From Mobula birostris (lineage: Eukaryota): a DNA stretch of 64,000 nt. Made by a program: the position numbers and the translations under genes. Below are positions 1 to 13,099 of the stretch, one piece after another; positions within the stretch are counted from its first letter, which is position 1; each line of letters begins with the position of its first letter. The notes under the pieces are model-generated. The model did no database searches and was not told where the DNA came from. It saw nothing but the letters and a program-made list of their open reading frames with translations. Location of the stretch: the NCBI RefSeq assembly GCF_030028105.1, contig NC_092371.1, positions 132,252,766 through 132,316,765 on the forward strand. The letters are read 5' to 3'.

Positions 1-135
1 GAAAATTCACAATGACCAATTAACCTACCAACTGGTACGTAGTTTGGACTGTGGGAGGAAACTGGGGCACCTGGAGGAAACAGAAACCCAAGCATTCACA
101 GGGAGAACATACAAACTCCTTACAGGCGGGAGTGA
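1..135 (-). mobile_element. HE1/V-SINE-like tRNA SINE fragment
   Basis: Conserved GTGGGAGGAAACTGG..CACC..GAGGAAAC..CACAGGGAGAACATACAAACTCC core, shared with other copies in the window. Confidence 0.65.
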
Positions 136-1301
136 AAACACGCAAGGCTGATGATAGAGATTATGAAAGGAAACAGGAGGCAATCACCAGATCTGGAAAA
201 AATTGATAAATGGTCCAGGGAAGTCCTACATCCTAAAAAAGGAAGCTTAGAGACTTAGGCTAAACTTCAACTAATTAAGAATATATATAAATTGCATCCA
301 TATGATGGCATCAAATTTTACATCTCAGAAAATAAATCAGTTGACATGGTGAGTTGAAGATAATATAGGAGAGGATAGACAGAATTACCAGCTGGTTGGG
401 AAGTAATTAAGACGAGGTTGGAGGGACAAGCCCGAAACCAGACAGATTCGAAGATGGTGGTCAATTGCAAACAAATATTAGGAGGATGTTTCTGAATACG
501 AAAACTGCTATAGGACAGTTTGTCTCAGTTACTCAGGAGTCCCTGGAATAAATGAAGATAATATTGAAGAAGCTATATATGGCCCTTTCAAGTCGACTTT
601 CGCAGATGCCTCGATACCAGATGTTGCCAAAATGGTGAAGCTAGCAAAAGCAAATTGGAGGGAAACTTCCGTTTCCTACAGTGAATTGGAACAACGTGCC
701 AAATAAAAGGAGCGGATATCAACATCTGAATAAGCACAGTATAGATTGGTCAATGATCTCCAGCTGATGCAAATTATGTGGGAGACGAGGACTTTGGGCT
801 AGATCTTGTTGGCATTTGATATCAACTTCACCACCAACCTGAACAGCAAGATGAACCCCCTGCTTCATGAGGAAAAACATTGACAGGACGGCATAATTTC
901 AGGGTAAAATAACAACTGTAATGAAGATGTTGTCAATGTTGCAAAAATGACTAGGCCAGGCCTTGCAGCCTTCGTCTGCAGGAACAGAACAAGAATCAGA
1001 CGGATTATATACACTGTTGTCAGTAGACATGGAAGACCATGATGATCGTGACTGTAAGAACTGTAACATGCCAAGGAGATGCAAATTATCATAAAGAAAT
1101 GCCTTTGTTGAACCCAGATCTGATTCTGTACATTGATGGCTCCTCAACCATTGAGAGTACTTTGAATGGTTGATTGGGCTGTTGCCATGGAAAATGAAGT
1201 GATAGCCTCAGTAAATATGACTCCTAGTACTTCTGCAAAACAGGCAGAACTGAAAGGTTTAATTGAAGCCTGTAAACTAGCAGAAGGAAGATCAGCTAAT
1301 A

Positions 1302-2304
1302 CACTGGACAACAAATTTTTTCAAAAGTGTTGCTTCCTCAGAATTTTTTTGTTTATGATAGACTGCTTGAAGATGAACACAAATATAATTTCAGACTACT
1401 TGTATCACAAAGGAATTTGGAGAAACAACAAATTAACTTTTATTGAATATAATGTACTTAATTGCATAATGGTGCTGATGCTTTGCAATAGTTCAACTAA
1501 GTTAAAAATATTCTGTTAATGATTTTCATTTGTATTCAGTGTCTGAGGCTTCTCGCTTAAATGTCCAACAATAATTCGCCAGCAGTGATAGATTCCAGTT
1601 GCCCTGATATCTTTTCTCCATGACCGCAATGTCCTGGTGAAACCTTCCACCATGCTCGTCACTAACAGCACCAAGATTTGCAGGGAAGAAGTCTAAATGG
1701 GAACGCAGAACATGAATCTTTAGTGACATGTTGTATTTCATGGTTTTATATGCTTGAAGCATGCTTTCAACCAGCTGCATGTAGTTTGGTGCTCTGTAGA
1801 TGCTGAGAAAAATTTCAACTACTTCCTTGAATGCCTTCCTTGTGATTTTCTCTGGTCCCAGTAGAAATTCTTCAAATTGACTGTCATTGATGACCTGTTT
1901 GATTTGTGGACCAACAAAAATGCTTTCCTTAATCTTGGCATCAGTTATTCTGGGAAGCACCTGTCTCAAATATCAAAATCCTTCATAGAAATTTTTGTGC
2001 CTGGTGATAGCAAATTCCATCCTTATAGTCCTGAACCCAATAATTATTACTAAAACCTGTCCTGCCATGCAGCAGCCACGTTGCCTAAGCATGCCTGGAC
2101 AAGATAGGAAAATTTCCAGCTTACATTGTAGGCAACATTTTAATTAGAAACCATAGAAACCATATTATGAACTGAAATAATAAACACAAGTGATTTCAAA
2201 AAATGGTGCGTGATAGGGAAATTTCATGGTGATTTTCATGATCAGTAGCCCCAAATTCATAAGATATTCAGGTATTCAGGAAGCAAAATCTTTGTTGTCC
2301 AGTG
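1302..2304 (-). mobile_element. Chapaev3-type (CMC superfamily) DNA transposon, internally deleted, inserted in the ERV RNase H
   Basis: Perfect 14-bp TIRs CACTGGACAACAAA / TTTGTTGTCCAGTG and a 3-bp TSD ATA. ORF 1526-1969 encodes IFVGPQI...MSLKIHVLRSHLDFFPANLGAVSDEHGGRFHQDI...YCW, the C-terminus of a Chapaev3-like transposase. Confidence 0.85.
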
Positions 2305-3839
2305 ATATGTACATGATTCTCAAATTGCTTTTGGAGTTGTTCATGTCTTTGGAAATTTATCAGGACCAAAAGGATGTCTCACAGCCATGGGAACGCCAAT
2401 CAAGAATGGCAAATGAGTACAAAAACTCATGGAAGTCATACACCTGCCACCAGAAGTTGAAGTATTAAAATGTAAAGGTCAGTCTAAAGTGACCACAATG
2501 GAAAGCTGTGGAAATCCATTTGCAGATGAAACTGCAAAAAGGGCAGCGAAAGAAGGACTAAAGAAAATTAAAGAAATGTGAGAAAACCCGGTAACTGAAG
2601 CCAGGTGAAACACTGTCACAGACGAACACGTGAGATGTTCGAGAAACACAACATCAGTGTTCAAATGAAGAAAAGTAGTACTGGATGGAAAATGGGGAGT
2701 TATTAAATGACGATTGAGTATGGTAATAAGGCACTAGAGACAGACTGGTGGCCCCGGCTGAGCTGCTTCCTTACTTGGCGCAGCAGATACATTCCTTAGG
2801 ACACATCGGAGTACAAACGATAATCGGCAGATTCTTGCAATGGTGGTGGAATCCAAAGTTCAGGATGCAAACTCAACAAACGGTTGAGAGATGTATGACA
2901 TGCTAGAAAATAAACCCCATTTCAACGGAGAAGCTACCTCAACTAAGTACTCCTGCCCCACCTGATCCATTTTTACATCTACAAGTGGACTATATTACCT
3001 AACCGAAGTGCCAAGGATGTGTTACTAATAGAGGGCAAATTTTCAAGAAGGTGGAAGCCAACCCAGCACAAAAAGCTACCAAACCGATTCTGACCAAAGA
3101 ACACATTTCACTGGGAGTGTTTCTCAAAAATTATGTCGACTGATGAACATGGAATGGTCTTTAATCATCCAGAGTCATCAGGACAAGTTGAAAGAATTAA
3201 TGACATTATCAAACAACGGCTGACTACGTATCACGAGGAAGGTGTACCACGGCCTACAGCCCCATCTTTGGTTTTATGCAGCATCAGGACAACCCCAAAC
3301 AAGAAAACAAAACAGAAACCATTTGAAGTGGTAACGGGACAACCTACATCACTACCAGGAGCTCTCGATCTGAGAGAGGCTGATGTACATGTTATGTCAG
3401 ATAGTTTAGTTGATTATTGTGCAAAACTAACACAGTCTGTTCAGTTTGCTTTTTAACAGGTTTCTGCTGCTTGGAGTGGTCCATCGGAAGGAGGACACGC
3501 CTTGATTCCTGGCCAGTGAGTCCTAGTCTGGAAACTGCGTAAGGAATCCCTGGGAGCTCAGTGGGAAGATCCTTACCAAGTACTGTTAATTACCAATTCA
3601 GCAGTTAAGGTAGAAGGTAATAGTAAGTGGATACATGCCAGCCACTGCAAGCAAGCTACAGTGACTCCAGATTAAGACAAGTAATGTGGAAAGACTTTAA
3701 GACCAAATACAATTGTTGCACATTTTCATTGAACATTATTATCATAGTCTACATGCTTTTGTGTTTGTTTAAAAGCGATTACCTTGAATTTTTTAATGTG
3801 ATTCTGCTAGGGTCTGTTACTGAATCAAAAGGGGGGAAA

Positions 3840-4247
3840 TGTTGGAAACTACTGTTTCTTTAATAATACTTTAATAAGATTTGTACTTTTTAACAAACTC
3901 GTAATTTTCACACTCACTGGCAGGAAGCGGTAGAACAGCTAAAATAGTGGTTTATATTTTAACTTTCATTGGCTAGGTGTTAGCACATTACTCACATGAT
4001 ATAATTTTTTAACATAGCCTATTAACTAATTAATCACCAAGAAATGCCTTATCTATAAAAGTGATGGATTTTTCAGAAGCACCTTCTTTTATTCCTTGTC
4101 GTACACCCTTTAATTCCCCTCTTAGAATTGTTTTTCAGCTCTTTATTTAATTTGCTTAGTATTTGTATGTTCATCTGTACTTTAAAGTAAACTGAAACTT
4201 GGAATGAAGACGGCTTTCCATGTTTGACTCCTGGAAGAACCCTAACA
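3840..4247 (+). repeat. ERV 3' LTR (about 408 bp)
   Basis: Starts TGTTGG directly after the PPT and ends CTAACA. TATAAA is at about 4054 and an AGTAAA poly(A)-like signal at about 4186. Confidence 0.75.
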
Positions 4248-4846
4248 GTCAGAAATTAAATGGAGATCCGACCGCTGTGGTGGAGCAATTCAGTCATGAG
4301 GAGAGACTGTTGAAGCTGGGCCTGTTCTCCCTGAAAAAGAGATGGGATTGACGTACTGAATATAAGATAATAAGAGACATAGATAAGGAGAAGTTTCCTG
4401 TGGTCTACCCTACCACAGAAAAATAAATGTAAAGGACATAGATTCAGGGTAAGGGCAAGAAATCTAGAAAGCACCTGAGGGGGACTTTTTTTTGCCCAGA
4501 ATACCTGGAATGCGCTGTCAGAGACAGCATTGGAAGCGGTGTCACAGAGAATACTTAAGGAGTGTTTTGACTGTCACTGAATTGCTCAGGCAGAGAAGGC
4601 AATGAGCCAAGTGGTAGAAAATGGATTAATAGAGATGGGTTGGGCCAATGGCCTTTGTATGTTGTATGACTCTTAACACTGCAGCAGTGAGCTCAGGTGC
4701 TTGTCCTGGATTAGGGGTTGAAACCACAATTCTCAGCATCAGAACAAGTTTTCACGATGCAAGAGCAGAGCGAACAGGCCTTGTTAAAGGGTATTTAATG
4801 TGACAGACACATACACAGAGAAACACAGCCATAAAACACTACTCAC

Positions 4847-4980
4847 ACTTCCAGCCCAGAGGTCATTTCTCTTCCCTGCTAATTTATAATACACATAAAT
4901 GGTTTCACCCGCTTTAAACTTTAGGAAGCGGCAGTCAGGACCCACGAAATCCTTCACAGCTTTACCACGACACATCAGCA
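4847..4980 (-). CDS. MIA3: MIA3/TANGO1 coding exon 2 (SH3-like domain); later exons lie beyond position 1
   Basis: CAG acceptor and GTGAGT donor, 134 nt, in phase with exon 1. Encodes (M)[44 protein letters not shown]. The MLMCRG and YVYYKL motifs fit MIA3 better than MIA2, OTOR or MIA. Confidence 0.9.
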
Positions 4981-5432
4981 CTGGAAGATATGGAAAATAA
5001 TTAGCTGTAGCTCCCCAAACCACCTCATCCATCAGACCCCCAACTACTTCTCCCCACCATCCCCACAGACAAAATCATTCCCCAACTCAACCTGTCTCTA
5101 CCACCCACTTCCCACCTCACCCAATGGACAAAAAGACTTCTCCGTCCTCTCTAACCCCCTCAATCATTCAGTACATTTACTTACCACCTGTTGGAAATAC
5201 AGAAAACATTTTTAAATCAGCACCTGGGGTTTCGGGAAAAACTGCTGTTAGTTCTGGAAGGAGGTTGGAGATAGGGGTTCATGAAAGGTATTCTTGGGAA
5301 AAGTTGCCCCTCAGACTCCTAATAAATCTCTCCCCTCTCACCTTAGACCTATGCCCTATATTTAGTGATTCCCCAATCCTGGGGAAAACAAATTAAGTAC
5401 CTCACCTACAGTCCTTATGACTTTCTACACTA

Positions 5433-6284
5433 CAGTGGATTCTGGTTAATTGGGACACATCGACACCAGATCACTTTGGCCCAATTAAGTGGCTGCCCTA
5501 ATTAGCCAAGGTTTCATGGGAACAGTTTAAAAGTTTTTTTAAAAAAAGACAATCTACTGTTTAACTGAGTAACAAATTATGCATTTAAATGACAAACAGA
5601 ACAACTCAGAACAATATCTATACTACTTCAGTACCATAAAACTGTGTATTAGTTCCTAATTGTTATCAGAGGGATTCATCCAATGTACCTGTGCGCTACT
5701 GCATTCTTTTGATTAACTGTAAATGAACAAAAACAGCGCAGACACCTACTGCAGATAATGGACTGCCTTCATACAAAGCTATCGAGGATAGCATCCTCCA
5801 AATCTTCATTTTCATTGTAACATTCAAGGTGATTGTCAATACCTTCAAATTTTTCATAGTTCCTAACTTGTTGAAATAACAAAATCATTTCATTTTCACT
5901 CCCAGCTGTTTCTGGCATCTCCAAGCCTGAATGCTTGAAATCACAGTGAGCAAAACGGTTCTGAATTGTCTTTCTGCTTTCCTCTCGCGTTATCAGTGAC
6001 AAAATTCACTTTTTTTAAAAAAACACAAGTGCATGCAACTGGCGCTACTTAAAAACTGTTTGAACTAAGCATGGTGTAGCGTCTATCGGCCAAACAAGTG
6101 CACACATCTGACACTAGTTAGAAACTGTTAGGCAACAGTCTTCTGCCCCAATGAAGTGACATAGTGTCCCAAATAAAGGAAGAAAATCCTTGCAATTTTC
6201 TCGAATAGTTTTTGTTCTTTAAGAGTTGTCCCAAATAAGTGGATATCCCAATTAACCAATAGCCCAATTAATCGGAACCTATTA
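5433..6284 (-). mobile_element. Tigger/pogo-like (Tc1-mariner) non-autonomous element, copy 1
   Basis: Left end TA|CAGTGGATTCTGGTTAATTGGG with a degenerate right TIR; carries a remnant transposase C-terminus (ORF 5769-6002). Confidence 0.75.
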
Positions 6285-7284
6285 TATTTTAAAATTAATT
6301 GGTTTTTGAATATAGGAGAATCTCAGGATATTGGGTCATTGCAGGAAAATTAAGTTGAGAAAAGTGGTCAGCTATTAGCTCACAGACTGGCAGGTGTGAG
6401 AGGCATAGCAGCCAACTCCTACTTCCCTTTCATATGTTCTGACAATAAACGTCCTCTTTATGGTGCTGTTATCAGCTCCAGATAACCAGAAGCAATACAC
6501 ACACTCAATTAAATACTTTTCAAATGCCGGCACGATTGTAGCTCCAAATGTCTCCAGGTTAAGAAAACCCAACTTATAGATACCCCTCCATACAAATGAG
6601 TTCCCATATTATAAAAAAATGTCTAACCCATGTACATACATTTATTCTATAAACAGAACTAGTTTCCTCTCTCCCTTCACTTTTAGTTTGTTCTTTTTAT
6701 CATCTTGTTTACTTTTGCTGTTGTTCATTACAATACAATGGAGATATGATTACGACATCAGGACTCCTTTTTATCTATCTTCTGACACATGGACAAAATT
6801 GTCTTATAGACATCTGCATAATTTAAACTTGTTTGTTACTGGGGAAGGCCTGTATAAGAAAATTACCATACCACCTCCCCCACCCACCATTTCTCTGTTC
6901 GCACTCAGCAAGATGTTGATCCTGTTATAGGAAAAGTGCTAAAATAAACATAGGAAATTTATGAAGATGTTGCCAAGAATCGAGGGACTGAGTTATGGAG
7001 GGTGAGATTCAGCAAGTTGTGAGTTTTTCATTGCAGCATTGGAGAATGAGGGATGACCTCACAGGTGTGTAAAATCATAAGAGACAAAAATAGGGTGAAA
7101 GTGCAATCTCTTTACCAGGGTCGGCAATAAAGAACCAGAGGGCATAGATTTAAGGTGAGAGGGGAGAGATTTAATAGGAATCTGAGGGACCACCTTTTTC
7201 ATCCAGAGGGTGATCAATGTATGAAAGGGAAATGATTAAGGTCAGTCCATTAGTTACATTGGATAGTGACATGGATAGAATATA

Positions 7285-8945
7285 CAGTGGGTTCTGGTTA
7301 ATTAGGACACACTGGGACTAGTACATTTTGGCCCAATTAAGTGGCTGCCCCGGTTAGCTAAAGTTTTATAGAAATAGTTAAAAAGGTTCACATTGCTGTC
7401 CTCTGAGGGGCTGGTGATTTGAGTCTGTTCCCTCAGATGAGCCACAAGTTCATGTCACTGCCCTCGGAGGGGCTATTGGTTTGTGTCATTGCCCTTGAAG
7501 GGGCCAGTGGTTCCAGTTCGCTGCCCTCAGAGGCGCTACTGGTTCGAGGCACTGCCCTCAGATGGTGGGACCCGATGCTCTGGGAGATGTTATTGAAATT
7601 CTGAGATTTATGGATTGGACTGTAGTTCATATTGGCCTCTTTCAATTCTATGTTTTTTCTCGTGTTCTCATCCATTCTTTCTTCTTGCTGATTGGTGGGC
7701 TGGGGGTTTGGAGTTTGATGTTCCTGTTGTTGTTTCTCCATCTGTTAGCTTTTTATGCAAGGGAGGACTTGGGGGGTTTGGGATTTGTGAGTTTTTGTTT
7801 CTTTTTCTTTTTATGCGGGGGGGGAGATTACAACTAAAGGACGGGGGGGCAGAGGATTGATGTTTTTCTTTCAACAACTTCCATGGTTTTTTGTATTTTA
7901 TGGCTATCTGGAGAAGACAAATTCCAGAGTTCTATTCTGTATACATACTTTGATAATAAAATGAGCCTTTGAACCTTTGAGAAAAGACAAACTACTGTTT
8001 AACAGTTTATGAATTTAAATGAAAGACAGAACAAATTAGACCACCACCAATAATACAACATATTATATATTTGTGTATTCATTCCTCACAGTTATTGACA
8101 GAGGAATTCATTCAGTGGAGGCTGCTGGTGCTTTTGATTGATTGTAAATGAACAAAATCGATGCAGACACGTAGTGCAGGTAGTCGACTTCCTTCATTGC
8201 CTTCCTGCATGAAGTAATGTCGTAATCCAACAATAAACTGCCTGCCATCCTGTGTAGTCACTAGCTCATTCAGATGCATCATCATCATTTTCCTCGTCTT
8301 CATATTTCCCACTGTGCTGTTCTGATACAATGCTTTCAATGATTGCATCCTCCAAATCTTCATGTTCATTTTAACATTGAAGGTGATTGCCAATGCCTAA
8401 AATTCTTCATAGTTCCTAACTTAAAGTCATGAAATCATTTCATTTTCACTCTGGTTGTTTCTGGCATCTCCACACCTAAGTGCTTGAAACTGTAATGAGC
8501 AAAACCGTTCTGAATTGTCTTACTGCTTATTTCTTGCCAACTGTCATTGACAAACTGTACTGCCTATAAAAGGTTAACCCTTGAACTCACTTCCTTGGAA
8601 ATGTTTTAATGTTTAAAAAAAGCAAAGGTATCAAAAATCACTGCTTTTTGAATTAGCATCCATTGACCCAAATAGATAACATAACACAAGCACACACAAC
8701 TGACATTATTTTAGAAACTGTTCACTCTAAGCACTGTGTAGTGTCTAACAGCCAGACAAGTGCACGCAACTAACACTAATTAGAAACTGTTCGGAAGCAG
8801 TTCCTATCTCAATTAAGCAGCATAGTGTCTCAAATAAATGGAGGGAATCCAGGCTATTTTCTCAATTAGTTTTTAGTCTTTAAGAGTTGTCCCAAATAAA
8901 TGGCTGTTCTGATTAACCGATTGTCCAATTATCCGGAATCCACTG
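7285..8945 (-). mobile_element. Tigger-like element, copy 2, with a nested insertion of about 590 bp
   Basis: TA|CAGTGGGTTCTGGTTAATT ... AATTATCCGGAATCCACTG|TA; collinear with copy 1 apart from insertions. Confidence 0.75.
7387..7980 (+). mobile_element. Retroposon 3' fragment with a (CCTTTGA) tail nested in Tigger copy 2
   Basis: Absent from copy 1. Ends AATAAA...CCTTTGAACCTTTGA and has internal CTGCCCTCRGA repeats. Confidence 0.55.
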
Positions 8946-11900
8946 TAGTTACAAGGATCTGGACCAAATGCAAGCAAATTGAACTAGCTTAGAAGGAAAT
9001 CTTGGTCATATGGAACAGCTGGACTGAAGGACCTGTTTCCTGGTTATATGACTCCATCCACAAACAACACTGAAATAAATGGTCAGATAATATTATACAG
9101 AAAGCTCTCCTGCAGAAGTAGCAGCTGAGACAGGCAACACCATTTCCTTCAGTTCTGTAGCCTGTATCAAGGGAATCTGCCCAGGCTCTGACTTTGGGAC
9201 TTGGAAAAAGGCCACATCCACACGACATGAAAAACAACATCACAAACGGAGAAACTATTTGAAGGAATGTTCATGCAATTCCAGATATTTTGACAAGCAG
9301 AGAATTTCAGAGCAAAATACAATCAGAGCCCCTTTCCCTCCTCCACCACCATCATCTCCACACACCCCTCCACTATCCATCCCTACACCTGAACTACTCT
9401 AAGTTTCTTAATAAAAAAAACGCCCACCTATGACCCCTGCAACACCCCCACATCTAACTTCCCTAACAACCTAGCATCTCAACATCCCCCTCTTGCGCAA
9501 TTTGTCCTGTTAATACCTCCACACAGCCATAGCTGCCACAACCTCAGTGTGTATACATTCCAAGTATGCCATCTCTAACCCTCCAGTCACACCCTACCAC
9601 ATCCACACATTACCCAGACTCTCTCATCATGTTTGCTAAAGTAGCCTGGGGCAAATTCTCCTCTCTGAAGAATCATGATTCTGAGCTTAAAACAACTGTA
9701 TGTTCAGCCAATGGTAAAGTTACAACACATCATCACATAGTGCTTGGTATGAGGAAGTGATGCAGGAGTGGAGATCTGCCAATTTTTAAAGAAGAACAAA
9801 ATTACAGGAAAGATTTCAGGGAGGTAGTTCACACAAAGAGGAAGTTGGATCAGCTCGATTTAGGAACATGGAGATACAGATATAAGATTAGACACGGACA
9901 AGGTTAGTGGCCAAAGCAGCTCTGTGTGTAGCAGGGTGAATACTGCTTGTGTGGAAGACAAGCATATACACAGACATGGTCAGTCAGACAAAATAATCTC
10001 CTCCTATGGTGCAGTCTTTGAATCAGCTGCTCACAAGTGTGGTGATGGACAAGTGCCATTACCTTCTGTGGACCTCATTTGAGGAGGAAAATTCCCTGAT
10101 TCACATGCCTCAGGAGCTCCTGAATTTTCTGAAAGCTAAACAAGGTCATGGTCTCCTATCCAGGCTTTCGTATTTTAAAATACCCTGTTGAACTCAATTA
10201 ATTTCCCAATGAAAAATATCTCCATCAAATCTTTCCTTGAATTTAGGAGGCCAAGTGATTTATAAAAATTACAAAAAGGCATAGATCATCCTTTCTTCCC
10301 CTATGGCAGGGGTATCAGAAACAAGAAAGCATAGGTTTAAGGCAAGAAGTAGGAGTTCTAAAGGGAATTTGAGGGGCAAGGTTATATTTTACACAGAGTG
10401 GTTGATATTTAGAAGTTTACAATCAGATATTTTTCAGAGACATTTAGACAGACACAAATAAGCAACACTTACAAGAGCACCCTCCTAATCCAGGCAAATG
10501 AAATTAGTCTAGAGAGACAAAAATAGGTCTACATAGACATGATAGTCTGAAGGGCAGGTTTCTGAGCTGCAAAACTCCATTCCTCCATCTCCACTCCTTC
10601 AGACCCAGAGGTTGTACCTCTGAGCATTTTCTTAAACTCTGTTTTCCATAACCACACCAACTCAAATATCAATCTGATTTTAAATAAAATTTACAACCTG
10701 AATTACTTCCCTCAAAATCTTTCCAAATTATCCCTATCACCCTTCGTACCTCAGGAGAAGACAAGATGGAAGTTTTCACATTCATGGTTTTTACTGTTTG
10801 TTATAACCATGAGTTCTGTTTTTTTTTGGTGCTCAGTATCTGGGCATCTTTCGCATATCCAGCATAGACTGCTCATTCCAATTTGCCCTTGAGAAGGTGG
10901 AGGGGTGAGTCCCCCTCTTGGACTACTTCATCCCTCCTGGTGAAGGTGTTGAGGAGGGAGTTCCAGGATTTAGAGTCAGTTATAGTGAAGGAATGGCAAT
11001 AGATTACAAATTCAGGATGGTATGCAGCTTGGAATGGTAGTGTTCCCCTACACCTGCTGCCCTTGTCCTTGCTGGTAAACACTCGGTGACCTTTCACTGG
11101 AGTAGCCTGGGTGATTAACTGCTGTGCACTTTGTAAATGGTATACTTTCTTTAGGAAGGGGGAGAGCCAGTATTATAGGGTGGATCAGTTTTAAGAGGGC
11201 CACAGGAACAGAACCTTGGGAAGGGGTACAGAGGCAAACATAAAGAAATATCTGTAAGTAGTAGGAATAGTTGAGAAAACAATTAAAAAATAAAACTTAC
11301 ACAATCCTAGGCTTCACACAGGACAGTCCTGTACCTAAATGAGGATCTAGTTGCTTGGAGGAAAGATTAATTGATTACTGATATTGTGCTACAATGAGTT
11401 TGAGGAAAACAGGACAGTTCTGGAGCTCAAAACAAAAGCTTTATATACAAGAGTTCAAAAGAGTTTCACAAGTAAATATTAGAAGGCTGCATCCTCAAGC
11501 TGCAGAAACAGGACCAGGGGTAGAGCTGCATGTTCAAGGGTCAACCATTTACCGGTGAAGAGAGAAGGAATTTCTTTGTTCAGGGATCTGCAAATCTTTG
11601 GAATTCTCTCTATCCCAGAAATCCATGCACGCTCAGACAAGTTTATTCAAGGCCAATTTGAGTGATTCAGTCAGCATCTGAAAACCTTAGAGAACAGTCA
11701 TTTGCCGAGGTAGACTCATTCTGTAAACAACAAAGCAGGCTCAAGAAGCTTGCTCCTACACCTCTTCCTCGCTCTTAAAAAAAACAGGACAACTACATTG
11801 ATAAGACAGTAACAATATTGATAAGAACACCCATTTCCCTCCATAAATGCTGCCTGACCCGCTGAGTTCCTCCAGCATTATGTATGTTACTCCAGATACC

Positions 11901-11989
11901 GGCATCTACAGACTTTTGTGTCTCCTGCTCATAAGACAATGGTTCAAATACAATAAAAATATTGCATCCAATTCTGGGTACTTTCAAAA

Positions 11990-12780
11990 GAAAGTGAGAA
12001 CGTTACTTGGGCAGTCCCTCAGAAAGGAGGATGACTTGCTTCACTAGTTCACTGGGTGCTCAGATAGCTGGTGAGGCCAAGGTGGGAGCTGTAGACTCTT
12101 CCACACATGGGGCAAATGTGGCTAATGGACTGGGAGGTGGGGGGATGTGGGGGCGGTTTATGAGCTGGTGCATTCCTTCTACCACTTACACAGGGCTTCT
12201 GTGTTCTCCTGATGCAGGGGCTCAGGGTACTCGATATCATCTTGAAGGCTCCTTCCCCAATTTGAAGGACAATGGGCTAGAGGTTCCTAAAGGTCAGTGG
12301 GGATATTACATTTCTTCAAGGAGATTTTAAGCAGATTTGTAAATCATTGGCAATGAACAATCTGCTGCAGAAACTAAGCAGGTTGGGCAGCATTCTTGGG
12401 GGAAAGGAACTATCAACATTTCAAATCAAAAACAATGCATCAGGACAAGACCAAGTCCCATTGTAGTTTTGACCCAAAATATCAACAATTCCTTTCCCCT
12501 CCCACAGACTGATCTCTGTCCTTCCAGCAGATTGTTTGTTGCTCCAGATTCTAATACCTGCGGTCTTTTGTCCATCTTTCATAAATCTTTTCCTCTGTCT
12601 ACTTGGCCGTCTCTTCCCATGATAGAACTCAAAACAGAATGTCTGATTCAGGAGTCTGGTTCCAGGCATGCGAATGACACAGCCTGCCCGATGTGTGTAC
12701 AACCAAAGCCTCAATACTCAGGATGACACTGATGTTGAATTATGCAGAGAATATCTGTGGCACTTTTGCTTCGGAACCAT
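11990..12780 (-). mobile_element. RTE-clade LINE 3' fragment interrupted by a Penelope-derived palindrome
   Basis: Translates to AGCVIRMPGTRLLNQ...HGKR...QRKRF and a C-terminal CPMCGRVYSSHLGL, typical of RTE ORF ends. Confidence 0.6.
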
Positions 12781-13099
12781 CTCTCAGGAACGGGGGAGAC
12801 ACAGAACGTAGAATATAGTACAACACAGGAACAGCCCTCAATGTTGTGCTGGAGTAATTAGGCAACCGTGCTGACACACTGTCCACTTCTGTCCATTCTC
12901 TGCATATTCATGCACCAATTTAAGAGCCCTCAAATGCCTCCATCATATTTTCCTCTACTACCATCCCTGTCAGTGCATTCCAGGCACAAAGCACTCAGTA
13001 AAAATAAAAAATTATCCCTCCTCACCTTATATCCATGCCCTCTAAAATTAAACATTTTGCCCACGTGGGGAAAAGATGTGGGCCGACTATTTATACTCT

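Larger units (their letters stand above)
135..4247 (+). mobile_element. Degenerate endogenous retrovirus (class I / epsilon-gamma-like): probable gag remnant, RNase H, integrase, PPT and 3' LTR; no RT or env visible
   Basis: RNase H: NPDLILYIDGSS at about 1110 and SAKQAELKGLIEAC. Integrase: HLQVDYIT, HPESSGQVERIN, and WEDPYQVLLITNSAVKVEGNSKWIHASHCK. The polypurine tract AAAAGGGGGGAAA is at 3827-3839. Many stops and frameshifts. Confidence 0.85.

Noticed and set aside
1166-1519. 117-aa ORF as an independent gene
   Set aside because: It is a chimera of ERV RNase H reading into the Chapaev TIR.
6300-11800. Additional short ORFs or hidden MIA3 exons in intron 1
   Set aside because: Exons 1 and 2 splice in frame with a contiguous domain. 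The remaining ORFs are short, lack recognisable motifs and mostly overlap degraded repeats.
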